NCBI GenBank assembly: GCA_018398765.1
Contig: JAHBMJ010000020.1
Coordinates: 1-59,708 of the forward strand
Length of the DNA stretch: 59,708 nt
Direction of reading: 5' to 3'
Source of the DNA: Chromera velia
Lineage: Eukaryota
Below, one piece after another: positions 22,131-34,088 of this stretch. Under the pieces are notes generated by a model, which ran no database searches, was not told the DNA's origin, and saw nothing but the letters and a program-made list of their open reading frames with translations. A program made the position numbers and the translations under genes. Numbering within the stretch: position 1 is the first letter of the stretch; each line of letters starts with the position of its first letter.

Positions 22131-25100
22131 ATGAGAATGAAGCAAGGGTTATCTGAAAGGGGTCAGCGGCTTAAGGCCATTCGCCGTCAATTGATGACAC
22201 TGAGATGGCCGTTTCTCTTTTTGGTAGGACCCCAAACCACAGTCTTCGTGTGCGTTCTCTACTACCTCGGAGTACTGACCGCGATTGCAACATGTTTTGC
22301 AGTTCTAACCGTTATAACAGTTTCAACTCTACCTCTGGTTGCGCTACAATTCGGGAACAATATCGACATAGTCGCAGCAGTATTCGCAAGTCTTGTGGCG
22401 GTCTTCACCAACATCGCTGCCTCCCAACTGCCTGTGTTGATGTCATCAGAGGAACTTCAATTTCACCACGTCGCCTCCTTCATTTTCTCCGTCACAATCG
22501 GCAGCCTTCTGGAGTATAGGTCCTCTGTTTTCTGCGCATACCTCGCTGTCACATTTGCTGCATGGTATCTCATGAGGCTGGTGTCGCTGGAAGACGCAAC
22601 GTGGGAATTCCACATGAAGACCACGTTCGCGTTCTCCATCATCATGGGGGCCCTCTGCACGATGCTCAGGTTCCTCAACGAGGGCTCATTCCAAGCAGGT
22701 CCGTACGTGTGCGCGTGCATCAGTAGTGTGACCCTCCAAAGCTCTCTCGCTTCGCAGAATAAGTTTCCTGCAGCATTCCTGCACACCTGTCTACCTGTTG
22801 TGCATGCATGCAGGTGCTGAGGTGGAGAGGCTGCGACAGCACACCCAAATGCTGCAGGGAGAGGTGGAAGACGCAAAGGACCAGAAACACTCCTTCCTTG
22901 CGTACATCATGCACGAAGTCAGGAACCCCCTCAGTGCAGCATGTCTGCTCGTGTGTGAGCAAGAGTCGCAAATTGCAGAGATGAGAGAGATGATGGCGAA
23001 GATGCGAGAGAAACGCAAAGGCGGAGACGGACAAGGAGTCCCACCGAATTTGGCCTTCGAAATGGAGGCTTTGATAGATTCCTTAGAGGGCCTCTCGAAG
23101 ACAGTGCAATCTCAAATCGACCAGATTGGTTCCATCTGCAATGATGTGCTTCACTTGGAAAAACTTGCAAGTGGAAAATTTGAGTACAACATTTCGGTCA
23201 ACAGCCTCCGAAGTTTTTTCTCTCACGCAGCGAAGGAAGCTGCAGCGGTGATGAAACAGAAGGGGGTAGCCTTGAAAGCAGAGATCTGCCTGGATCCTGA
23301 ACTCTCGACCGCAGCCTCCCTGTCTACAAGGGCCGACTTCCCGAGGCTCCGACAGGTCAGTGAACGATAGATAGTCCTCTTTCTCAGTGAATTCTTCCCT
23401 CTGTCTTCTCTCATGCACCTTTTTTGGATTTGAATTCCCCAAGTATTCCCGTTCTTACGTTCGTTTTCCCATTTCTTCCTGCGTCCATCTCTTCCTTTAC
23501 ACCGACTCTCTATTCCTGTGCACCAGCCCCTTTCACCATCCTGTGCTCTGCTTTGGATCGCTCCCGCCCCCTCTCTTCCCTTCCGTGTGTGAAGCCATGG
23601 ATGACTGCACTCTCCTCCTCTCCTCCAACTTACCGGTCCACCAATTTTACCCAAACAAACCTTCTCAGGATCCGTCCACACACATTCCTCTTCTTCTTCC
23701 CCTGCCTGGATGGAGAGAGGTTGCAGGTGATTTCCAACTTCATGTCCAACGCCCGGAAGTTCACACCCTCGAGGGGCCTTGTTATTTTCCGCATGGAGGT
23801 CTCGACCCTCCACACGCCCCCTCTCCACCATGCCCCAGGGATGTGCGAGCACGCCTCTCAACTCCCTGACAGTGCATTTTCCTTCTCTCTCGACAACACT
23901 CAGGGAAAGGAAACCAAGGACACCCCACAACAGCCGCAATGGATCCACATCCGCGTCTCTGTGAAGGACTCAGCTGTCGGCATCGCACCCGAGGACCTCC
24001 CCAAGCTCTTCAGACCCTATGCTCAGATCCGGGCAGGGGAACAGCAGAAGGGGGGAGGGACGGGACTCGGCCTCTGCATCTGCAAGACCTTTGTCGAGGC
24101 ACATTGTGGGGGGCAGATAGGCGCGCTGTCCGCTGGCAACGGCAGCGGCTCAGAGTTCTTCTTTCAATTTGACGCCCCCCTTGCTGCAGACAGTCAAGTC
24201 AGACAGACAGGTACTGAACCTGAAGTTGCCCTGTGCCCCCCCAAAGAAGTGAAGATGGAAAAGAAAGAAAAGATCTGTCTCCAGATTGAAACCTTCAAAA
24301 TGGACACAGAGACGGGGAGAGAATCCACCCTCACCCCTAGGAGACCTTTCACATCTCTTCTCCCTGAATCGACTTTCTTCCCCCGATCTTCTTTTACACC
24401 CACCCAGACACAACCAAAGCCCCGAATCCCCTCGGGACTTGAGGAAATCCCCATCTCTCGGGACGTGTCTTCTGAGGCCCCCTCCTTCTATTCTGTCTCG
24501 GCCTCAGACCAAGAAGGAGAAGGGCCCCGGCAGAGAAGAGGAAGCAGACTCCAGGAGTCAAAAACGATATCCTTCGCTCCGGGTGAGGTCGGAGGAGGGA
24601 AGGCGGGAGAGGAAGAAGAGGCTAGGATGGAGAACTCCGTCTCCCTCACTTCCCCGACTCACCGCATGAGACGGGCAAGCATTGCAGGCCATAGGGACGA
24701 GCTACCGTCCTCTCGTGAGAAAGCGCTTCTTGCAAAGGTGGAGGAGGAGAAGTGGACCAGAGGGAGAAAGTACACAGCGGACGTCTTGGTGGTGGAGGAC
24801 AACCCCGTGTGTCAAATGGCCGTGTGCCTCGGTCTTCGCCGCATGGGATTTTCAGTCGAAGTTTCTGAAGATGGATCGGATGCGATCGATCGTTTTGAGC
24901 GGGGAGAACGATACAGGTCTGTAGGCCGGTCGACTCTCAGCTTGTTGCCTGTTGCTTAATTCTTTTTGGTGGTGCATTTTTTGGGTGAAGTCCCCGGCCA
25001 GCAAGGGAAGGAAGGAGCAAGAGTTGTTCTGATACAGCAAAAGTGGTACTCAGATACCCAATGAACGTATTTAAACCATCTTTACAGAGGAAACCGACAG

Positions 25101-25556
25101 CCCATGAGTCGATCCCTCTGTGGCAGAGTCTCTTTCTTTAATCGATTAGGATCTGTACAAAAAGCAAACGTGAACGGTGCATGCCCCGCTTTTTCCCGTA
25201 CATACATCGAATCGCTTCACGAAGAAACCCATTCTTAATTTCATCTTAATTCTGTGTTCCGCAGGTTGGTCCTGATGGATCGCAACATGCCAAAGGTTGA
25301 AGGCCCCGAGGCAATCTCGCAGATCCTCTCGCAACTCGAGTCTTCCTCCCCTTCCTCTCCGGCCTGTCCCTTCCGCACGCAAATCCCGTTGTTTATCGGA
25401 TTGACGGGCCAGACCGAGCAAAGTGGAGACTTTGAGGCAGCGGGGGCCGTGAAGACGATCTTCAAACCCGTAACAACCAAGAACCTGCAGATGGCGTTTG
25501 AGGAGCTGAACTTTAAATCCAGAGGGGTGCCTAGGGGAAGAAGGGACTCTGTCTGA
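22131..25556 (+). CDS. Membrane-bound hybrid sensor histidine kinase (TM region, HisKA, HATPase_c, receiver), 4 exons
   Basis: Exons 22131-22698, 22814-23355, 23727-24916 and 25265-25556. H-box IMHEVRNPL, N-box NFMSNARKF, G1 DSAVGI, F-box LFRPY and G2 GTGLGL. Receiver VEDN...LMDRNMP...LTG...KP. About 5-6 N-terminal hydrophobic segments. Confidence 0.93.
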
Positions 25557-25603
25557 CACATTGAGCAGAAAACAGAGAGAGAGAGGGAGAGAGGGGGNNN
25601 NNN

Positions 25604-25638
<35 letters not shown>

Positions 25639-26287
25639 GCGCGCGCGACAGAGAGAGTCTGTCTTTGCTTGAATTTGCACTGTTATCAATCAATCAATCA
25701 ATCAATCAATTAATCAATGTATGCATAGGGTTTCCGAGAACCAAGAGGGGTGAAGAAGCAGATGAAGCAGGGGAAGAAGGGGAGGGCTGGAGAAGGGGGG
25801 GGGTGAGAAAGAGACATAGAATGACCGAGAGGTAAATATACAAAACAGAGTCAAATCAGCACCAGAGCCGAAGGAAGGAGGACCTGTTTTCACAGCATGT
25901 CAGGGGGCATGCAGAAAGCCTTGAAAGTGGAATTAAATCATCCAACAGCAATTAATCCAAAGACCAATTAATGAATGGTCCAGAGAGGATCTGAGGGACC
26001 TGAGTTGAGACTTAATTTTCATTATCAGCTGCAGCTGTTCAATGCGGACTGAGGACGCTACCAGTGATCAAATTTTGATCTCTGGGGGGCGGTATGTATT
26101 CGTAATTCTAGAGGTGATCCCAATATATTTATTTAAATTAAAGTGATGATGATTTAATTTACTTTAAATAAATAATTTAAAACTTTAAAACACTTGAGGA
26201 AGAAAAACTGAAAGAAAACGTACTTCGCAAATCAATGTTAAAAGAATCAAATATACTTTAAAACACTTAGAAGACATAATACACAGT

Positions 26288-27861
26288 TGTGAGTTAGATT
26301 CATAACAGTCTTAGAATGGAGATGTCAGGGGTGCCAGGGGTGACTAAATCTGATGTCATCCTCATAGGATCTGTATTATCAATCATATAACCCGATGGGC
26401 GGGCAAGGTGGGCTGCCTGTTGGTTGCTCTGATAGAAAGCTGTGCACCTATGAAGCCTGCTGCCAGTGTGTAGATGATTTTATTCATCGGCTCTCTGTCT
26501 GCCCCCGATGGACTGCCGAACAAGGCTTTTTGCAGTGGTTGACATTAATTCAATCAGACCGCTTCACTCATTATGACTCACCCTTTGCATCCGCCTCCTT
26601 TTCTGATCTGAGGGTTCACAAGTTCATCACATCGCTCTTGTGCTCTCAACCTTCTCTCCTCTTTATGATTTCTTGCCATATTATAGTAAATGATTGATTA
26701 GATTAAGTTCGAATAGCTGTCGTCTACTCAGCTTGCAGCTGGCATAATTGAACAAACCCATGCATGTATGCGCCGCCCGGGAGTTCTAACTCCACTTAGG
26801 GTTTGGCATCAATTAATCAATCAATCAATCAATCATGATACAGATACCTGCAAGACATAGAAGGATCGTTGTACCTTGTCGTAATGTTAGTCTCTTAACA
26901 GTCATAAGGACCTTACATATGAGAATCCATATCTCTGATAGTCGTCCAGATTAACCTATATTATTGCTGGTGACGAGAGAAATGGGGGGCACGTCTTCAT
27001 ACAAAGAAAAGAATTTTCATGTGCAGGAAGGTGAGCAACCAGATCTGTCTCTGAAAGACATCTACAGCAGTATGATCAGGTGTCTGGGTTGGGGGGGACG
27101 TCTCTCTCCTTTCCATCATGTGTGATACGATGTTCTTTTTCGCTATGGGAAGACACCGACCCACAGGCATCTCGTGATTGCTGTTAGAATCCTGCACGAA
27201 ATCAAAAAAGATCCAGAAGATCTGAATTTCTGCCGTCTGTCTCGCTCTCCTCTTCTCAAGATCGTTTTCTTCATTGATTCCTCTCATGAGAAAAACACAT
27301 ACGAAGGAAGGCATACATGGATTGCTCTTTTGGTTGATCATGCCTGGAAGCCAAGAGATGAATTGTTCAACATTTTTGCATGGCGTTCGATGCGTTCGAC
27401 CGTCAAGCTGGGCAGCTCCACAGCTTCTGAATTGGTTGGGTTTGAGCAGTGCCTCAAGCGTGTGCCTCGACTGATTTCTTTTAGAGATGCAAGCAATTGT
27501 CTGCCAGCGTTGTTTGGATCCCTCGTGAGATTCAGGCAGCCAATGCACTCACCAAGCCTATTACTTTTGGTCAATCGATCTATGATTGAAGTGTGGATCG
27601 TTCACCTGTCATAAGGGGGTGAGTCGTGAGTTAAATTCATGACACTCTCAGAATAGAGATGTCAGGGGTGCCAGGACTGACTAAATTTGACGTCATCCTC
27701 ATAGGATTTGTATTATCAATCATATGATACAGATATCTGCAAGACACAGAAGGATCGTTGTACCTTGTCGTAATGTTAGTCTCTTAGTAGTTATAAGGAC
27801 CTTGCATATGAGAGTCCGTATGTCTGATAGTCGTCCAGATTAACCCATATTATTTCTTACA
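26288..27861 (+). mobile_element. Internally deleted Ty1/Copia relic of a second family
   Basis: LTR-like direct repeats at 26288-26965 (interrupted) and 27625-27861. PPT-like AAGGGGGTGAGT at 27613-27624. The internal remnant encodes RT-thumb/RNase H motifs FFIDSS...FAWRS...SSTASEL. No TSD found. Confidence 0.8.
26389..26836 (+). mobile_element. 5'-truncated non-LTR retrotransposon (LINE 3' end) inserted in the relic's 5' LTR
   Basis: This 448-bp segment is absent from the sister LTR. It encodes a C-terminal CCHC-like motif (CCQCVDDFIHRLSVCPRW) and ends in an (ATCA)n tail. Confidence 0.65.
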
Positions 27862-28571
27862 CAACGTATATAGTAAAAAGTTTGTCTTAGCAAACCTTGG
27901 AGGGGATATGTTCTAATGTGTCCTGACTGACTTCAAGTTGTCAGCTGTCATGCCTAGGTTCAAAACCTTAGTCAAAGCCTGTACGTTCAAAGCCCTACTA
28001 GCTGTGATCCTGGTTATAGGCTGCTATGCAGCCTTACAGCCTTAGCGACGGCCTAAAACTCTGAATAAACACAAAAAAAATATAAAAAGTTACTAAAGAC
28101 TAGTACTTATAGTTTTAAAGTGTTTAAAGTGAAAAAATTCAAGTTTACAGTTAAACTAGAGGTCTCACCACTTTATTTAAAAATTTAAAACTATTGGGAT
28201 CATGCCTAGTCATAATTCTCCAGAGTTCAAGTCTGGCAGAGTGATGGAAGGTGGGAATGGCGGCGATCTGAAGAACATGCTTTAAAAGCTGGTAAAAGAT
28301 AGAGTTTTTTAACTAAAGCGAATTTTAATATGCATTCGGTTCAGTGTAGAAGTTTCGCGGCAAAACTTAGGCTCTCCATTTATTTAGGTAAAAAATGAAA
28401 TTAAGAAGAAATTGAAAATGTTCGAAACGTTACAGAAATTATTATTATTAAATAGACTCATATTAAGTTGGAAAAGCTAGGCTTAGCTAGCTTTTCATCA
28501 ACACACTGGCACCGACAGCAGGATTTATGAATATAGAACTTTCTATAAGAGCAACCAGAAGGCTGCCCACC

Positions 28572-28785
28572 CTAGGCGTTCACTAAAAAAAAAAAAGATC
28601 CCCCTAAACCCTTTACCTTTTTTTTTCTTTTTTAGTTAAACAACTGTTGTTCAAGTGTTGCACAAGCGTTGTTCATATGTTGTACAACTGTGGTTAGATG
28701 TTGTTCAGGGTAAAAAAGTACTAACAAAGAAAGAAAAAAAAAAGATCTCCCCTCATCGTTTTTTTTTTTTTTAGCCGACAGCTAG
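28572..28785. mobile_element. MITE-like element, diverged copy of the 43298-43549 family
   Basis: Ends are CTAGGCGTTCACTAAA and TTTAGCCGACAGCTAG. It shares the core AAACAACTGTTGTTCAAGTGTTGCACA...AGGGTAAAAAAGTA...AGATCTCC. Confidence 0.8.
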
Positions 28786-29277
28786 GGAAAAGCTCAAAGT
28801 TTTTCATAATCCTACTCTAGCTGTTATACTCTGCTACAGTCAACTACATGGTTTTTTATATTAAGTAAAAAATAGTAAAAAGAAATGCCAGTGATATTCC
28901 ATATCTAGTTCCATATAATCACATGTATCTGCCAGTGTAATGAAAGAAAATCTGCAGGCCTGGTGGCATTGTACCGTGGTAACACTGGCACTTAGAGTAG
29001 TATTAAACAGTATCAAGCTAAAAGAATAAACACACTGAAGACTGAGCTCTTTGATCCTACCTTTGATCATTCAATAATTCGATCAATTTGGTAGAATCCA
29101 CATATAAGTTCAAAGAGTAATTCACCACCAGACTCACATTGATTAATGTTTATTGATTAATCTGTTCAATTCAATAAACTGATCAAATACGTTTCATTAT
29201 CCTAGTTATATAGTCTTTCTTAATTATAAAAAAGATGTATCACAGAACTCCACAGAACCACAGAGTGCATACGTTTT

Positions 29278-29768
29278 TCACTTTTTTTCATGTCTGCTTT
29301 TCTTTAGATAATTCTGATGTCCTAACACGACCGCTGCTCTTCCTTTTTTTATTTTATTTTTTTCGCCACCTTGAAAAGACATCACCGCAGTTTCTGATGT
29401 AGCGGCAGGAGGAGAAAGAAACACTTCGTCAAATGCTGTTGCATCCTGAAGCTCTGTGTCTCTATGTACTGGAAAACTTCCAGCTTCAGATTGAAATCGC
29501 ACTTCCTCCTTCGAGGCTGCTACCGGGCCTTCTTCTTCTGGTTCTTCTTTGGTTCCTCTGCCCATTTCTTTTTGGATGTCTGAGATACGGAGAGAGAGCT
29601 TCTGAGCCCCGTGAGAGACAGGCCGAAGCCCTGAGAGGAAGGACGGGTGCAGGAACGCACTCAAGGGAGGGGCAGTTGGGTCCCTCCCTCCCTCCACGGT
29701 GGCTGCTGCCGGTTTGGGTACTGCGGGCATCGAGGAAAGGTCGACCCTCGCCATGCTCTGCAGCCGTC

Positions 29769-29861
<93 letters not shown>

Positions 29862-32800
29862 TGCGCGAAAAAAAAGAAAGGCAGAGAGAGAAGAAAAGCA
29901 CAGGCGGAACCGGAGTCTCGAGTAAACACACAAATATCGATGAATGATTGCGAACAAAGCTGAGAGCGAAGTTATCTCGCTTGCGTTTATGGAAGTCATA
30001 CAGCAATCTAAAAATCCGATGCAGGAAAATGATCTTCTCTAATAGATGTACTTTTATCCACCTTTTCAGTCCCACAGTGACTTACGCAAACCTCATTCAT
30101 CAAAGTGAACCCCCCCCGCCCCCAAGGAGCCAACCGACCGACCTCTCTAATTGTCTCCAGGTCAGGCAAGAGTGCACCCTCCACCCCTTCAGACCTCACT
30201 CTCCTCACGCGCTCCTCCGAAGACATCCCGTCAGGGAACGTCAGAGAACGCACAGCCGATGCAGCCTCAGAAATGCCCAAACCAAAACGAGCGGAGGTGC
30301 CCAATACCTGTAGAAGGAAAATGGGCAGAGAGACAAACGGGAAGAGAGACAGCGAGTCTCTCAGTCTGGATGTGTATTAATAAATAAGTGTGTGACTTGC
30401 TGCGGGAGAGCATCAAACCAGCACGAACCGACCCTTCCCTTTTCTGCCGTCTTCCAAACATATTCTCCCTCTCCCTCTTTTTCGTTAGAGACTTCCGTTT
30501 CTGTTCCCCTTTCCCACTTCCTTCCCCGCACCCCAGTCCGAAACCATTGAAAGGAAACAAGCATCACAAGGCCCTTTCATGATCCGTCAGTTACCCAAAT
30601 TCCTTCTGAGTGATCAGTTAAAGTCCCAATCTTCCTATTCTGTTTCTGTCTGCACTGCCCACCTGTATATGGGGCAACTGTTCCTTCAGACGAAAGTGCA
30701 GGGAATCCAGTTGGAAAAGGACGTCTTTGTGGAGACAGTCGCATTTCGTCATTACAACCTGAGGAAGGGGAAAGGGATGGACAGAGAAAACAAACAAAAA
30801 CCGAGAAACATGCGAAATTGCTGTACACGGCGAGATCCATTGAGAGAAATTGCATGCAAAATGATGTTCTCAAAAACTTCTGCTGATCTGAAACGTGTGA
30901 GAGATCTACAGAAACACAAAGGCAAGAAATTACACGGAGAAGAGAGTTCAGGCAACGACTCTTCCACGCCAACGCGTACCTCCCATCCCCGCATCCACAG
31001 AGTCACGCAAAGCTCTTCAAAGATCTGCCGACCAACTCAAAAAGTGGCAGCGGCCGACGCGTAGTTCAACAGACAGGCAGGAAGGCAGACGGACGGACCA
31101 TTTCGTTTTTGGTTTTCAAGAATCCCTCATCGTACTTGGCGATTTCCTCTCGAAGAAGGAGAAGCTCCTGCATCAGTTTCATAAGAAAAGAAAAGATGCT
31201 TTTCTCTGTCTGAGTCTCATTCTGGATACACCGATCGATTTTGTGAATTCAACAGAAGGACCCGCCTGTTCCCGCCTCGCGACAAGAGGGGATGCAAAAC
31301 TTCCATTACCCACTTTTTCTCTCTGAGGACGGAACTCTTTTCGTTTGGATCCCCTGGTAGGCAGGTGATGGGCGCGCATGTTGACAGAAGCCCACCATGC
31401 AGGTGCAAAAGCCCTCAAGAGAGAATAAGAGGCGGAGCGAAGAGACAAATAGAGACACAGGGTGGGTGAGTGCCTCAGCGAACAGACCTCGAGTGGGTCC
31501 GCGGGTCCGTCTCTCAACCGACTCGCGTCCAGCACATACAGCAGCGTCCTTGCTCTGTACAGATGTCTCAGAATTCGCATGCCTCTCTTCCGGTCCTGCG
31601 GGTAACACAAACCCCCCCACCAGAGAATAGAAAGAGGATAGGGTCCAGATGCAAGAACCAAACGCGCACATTGATATGCAGCGGCAAATTTAAACCCACG
31701 CGTGTGCAGACAAAGCTACACGCACTAACACACGCACGCCTATGCACAATATATCAACAATATGCGGGTACACAGCTTCGCAACGCACAAGCGTCTCTAA
31801 TTGAGACTCAACTTCATCAAGAGATGTCAAAACAAAACAAATCAGACATGCGAAAACATGACCTCACGCAGACTCCATTATTCATCCTCTGTTCCCCCCC
31901 ACAACCGCACCTGCCCAGCCCCTGGCCCGCTCACCTCGCTTGCCCCCTCATACAACGGAGGAAGGTCACAGAGTCGGAGGTCCTGCCCATCGGAGAATCT
32001 CAAAAGAGAGACGTGAGGCCTTGTTGTTGAGAAAGGCTCAGGACCGATGCGGGTGTACATTCTCGTCAGAGCAGCTGCCAGGGAGCTCTTGCCGGAATTC
32101 GGCAGGCCCACTAAGCAAGCATCGACCTGAACGGACACACAACACATTCATGTCCGTTTTAATCGCTTTTGGATGTTCTTGTCCTGAATGCAGTCGTTGG
32201 ACTCCTCAATGTGGAGAGTGAGTAAATTGCATGGGTAAAAGTACAATGATAAGTCATCGGCATGCACGCAAGACAAGACAAGTCGAGTCGAGAGCACGCA
32301 CTGACCATTGCCAGAACGGTTCAATGATTCATCGGTATTGAATGAAGTCCAAAGTCGCCTGGCTGCCACGCATGCACAAGCACGTAGGCTATCCGAGGGA
32401 TGACTGACGGGATATCGAAGTCCATGTAAATGAAAGGATACAGAGTTTTTGAGCTCATGCAAAGAAGTGACTGACCATCAAACGAAGTTCCAACTCAAGT
32501 TTGACCTTCTGACCTGGGGTCGGAAGTCTGCAGGCAAAAAGAAAAGAAAAATATTTTTTCTTCCAGTGATCTGTCTGCATCAACAATTAAGAAGGACAGC
32601 GTGCGAGTCAAGGCACCGATAATCACCAACCCCGCGCCTTTCGAGGCAACGTCAGGCACGCTGTCCACAAGTGAATCTCCGTGCCGTGTGTCGGGCAGAG
32701 TGTCGAGGAATGTTTTTCTGTTGGGACATGGACAATCAGTGTGTCAAGGAATCTTTCTCTGTTTGGACCTGCACATTCTCCCACTGACCTCCAATCTTTC

Positions 32801-33841
32801 AGCTTCCTTGCAGACCGAGCTATACCTCCAAGACCTCCATCGGCAATCTTCACGATGTCCTTCTCGTTCAGAAACTGATACCTGCAGGGAGCATGGCGCT
32901 CAAGGGAAGGTCTGAGATCTGCCTTTTGCCGTTCTCCGTATCTCTCTCCCCACTGATCCTCACTATCTCATGCATTCGCGCATCACTGCGTGCACGGGGA
33001 AGATGAAGGAAGGGTGACTTATTGGTGAGGGCGGCTGAAGAGCCGTCTTTCAAACGGGTCCTTTGGGTCAAGTCCTTCAAAGAATCTTGCACAACGAACG
33101 GTATTGCACCGGCATCCCCACTCTCTCTTCCTCTCTTTCCTCGGGGCCTGTTCTCTTCTCGTGAATGAATCCGTTGACTAGCCGAGTGCATGACGGAATA
33201 AGTGACTGAAATGCCTGCCGGTCTGGCTTGTCTGCCGAACATGCTCAGACATTGTCTGACTTCCTGTCTGCCTGCCCGTGTAGCGGTCTGGCTGACCGAT
33301 CGACCGACCAATCGACCACCTGGCAGACTGACCAAAACACACGTTTATGGAGCGACCTCCCTTCCCTCTTTTCCCCTGTCGGCACCCGTTTCCTCAAAAT
33401 TGTTCCCAACGGGACCTGCAGAAAGAAGAAGACGTGTCCAGACATAGACATAGACATAGGTACACGTGCATTGAACAGAGAAATCACGGCACATCCACTC
33501 AAAAAAGAAGAATGCATAGAGCAGCGACAAGACCCAGGTACTCGGACAGACTTCAAAGGTAATGAGCGCGCTCCGTTGCATGTACTTGCACATGCACATG
33601 CACACGCAGACTCCAGAAACGGCAAAAAAAAAAAGTACGGAAGAATAGAAGCAGCAATATCTGCACACACACGCGCACATTTTTACAGGAATAGAGAGAA
33701 AGCGAGAAAGAGGAAGGCGACGATAAAGGACGGAGCGTCTTTTCCTTACCTTCAAAATGCTTGGAGGTGCGTGAAGACCTCTGTGAGTCTCGTGAGCATC
33801 TTCTCCGTCCTTTGCGCGAACCTGCAATTCATCATCCCACC

Positions 33842-33880
<39 letters not shown>

Positions 33881-34030
33881 GGAGGGGAGGAAGGAAGGGA
33901 GAGACGGAGAAAGGCTTCCGTATATATATACACACACACNNNNNNNNNNNNNNNNNNNNNNNNNNNNNNNNNNNNNNNNGGGGGGGGGGGGGGGGTCTCT
34001 GTTCAAAAATGTGAACAACGAGTGAGCAAC

Positions 34031-34088
<58 letters not shown>

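Larger units (their letters stand above)
26108..28209. mobile_element. Degenerate TIR DNA element with CTAG termini and an 8-bp TSD, hosting the Copia relic
   Basis: The left end CTAG..TGATCCCAATA...TAAAGTGATGA...CTTTAAAACACT is mirrored imperfectly at about 28110-28209. Flanks TCGTAATT (26100-26107) and TCATAATT (28210-28217) differ only at a CpG. Confidence 0.6.

Noticed and set aside
22131..22698. Rhodopsin-histidine kinase fusion
   Set aside because: There are fewer than seven convincing helices and no recognisable helix-7 retinal-binding DxxxK motif.
25726..26806. TAGGGTTT telomere-like or telo-box words (also at about 24)
   Set aside because: They are isolated single occurrences with no tandem array.
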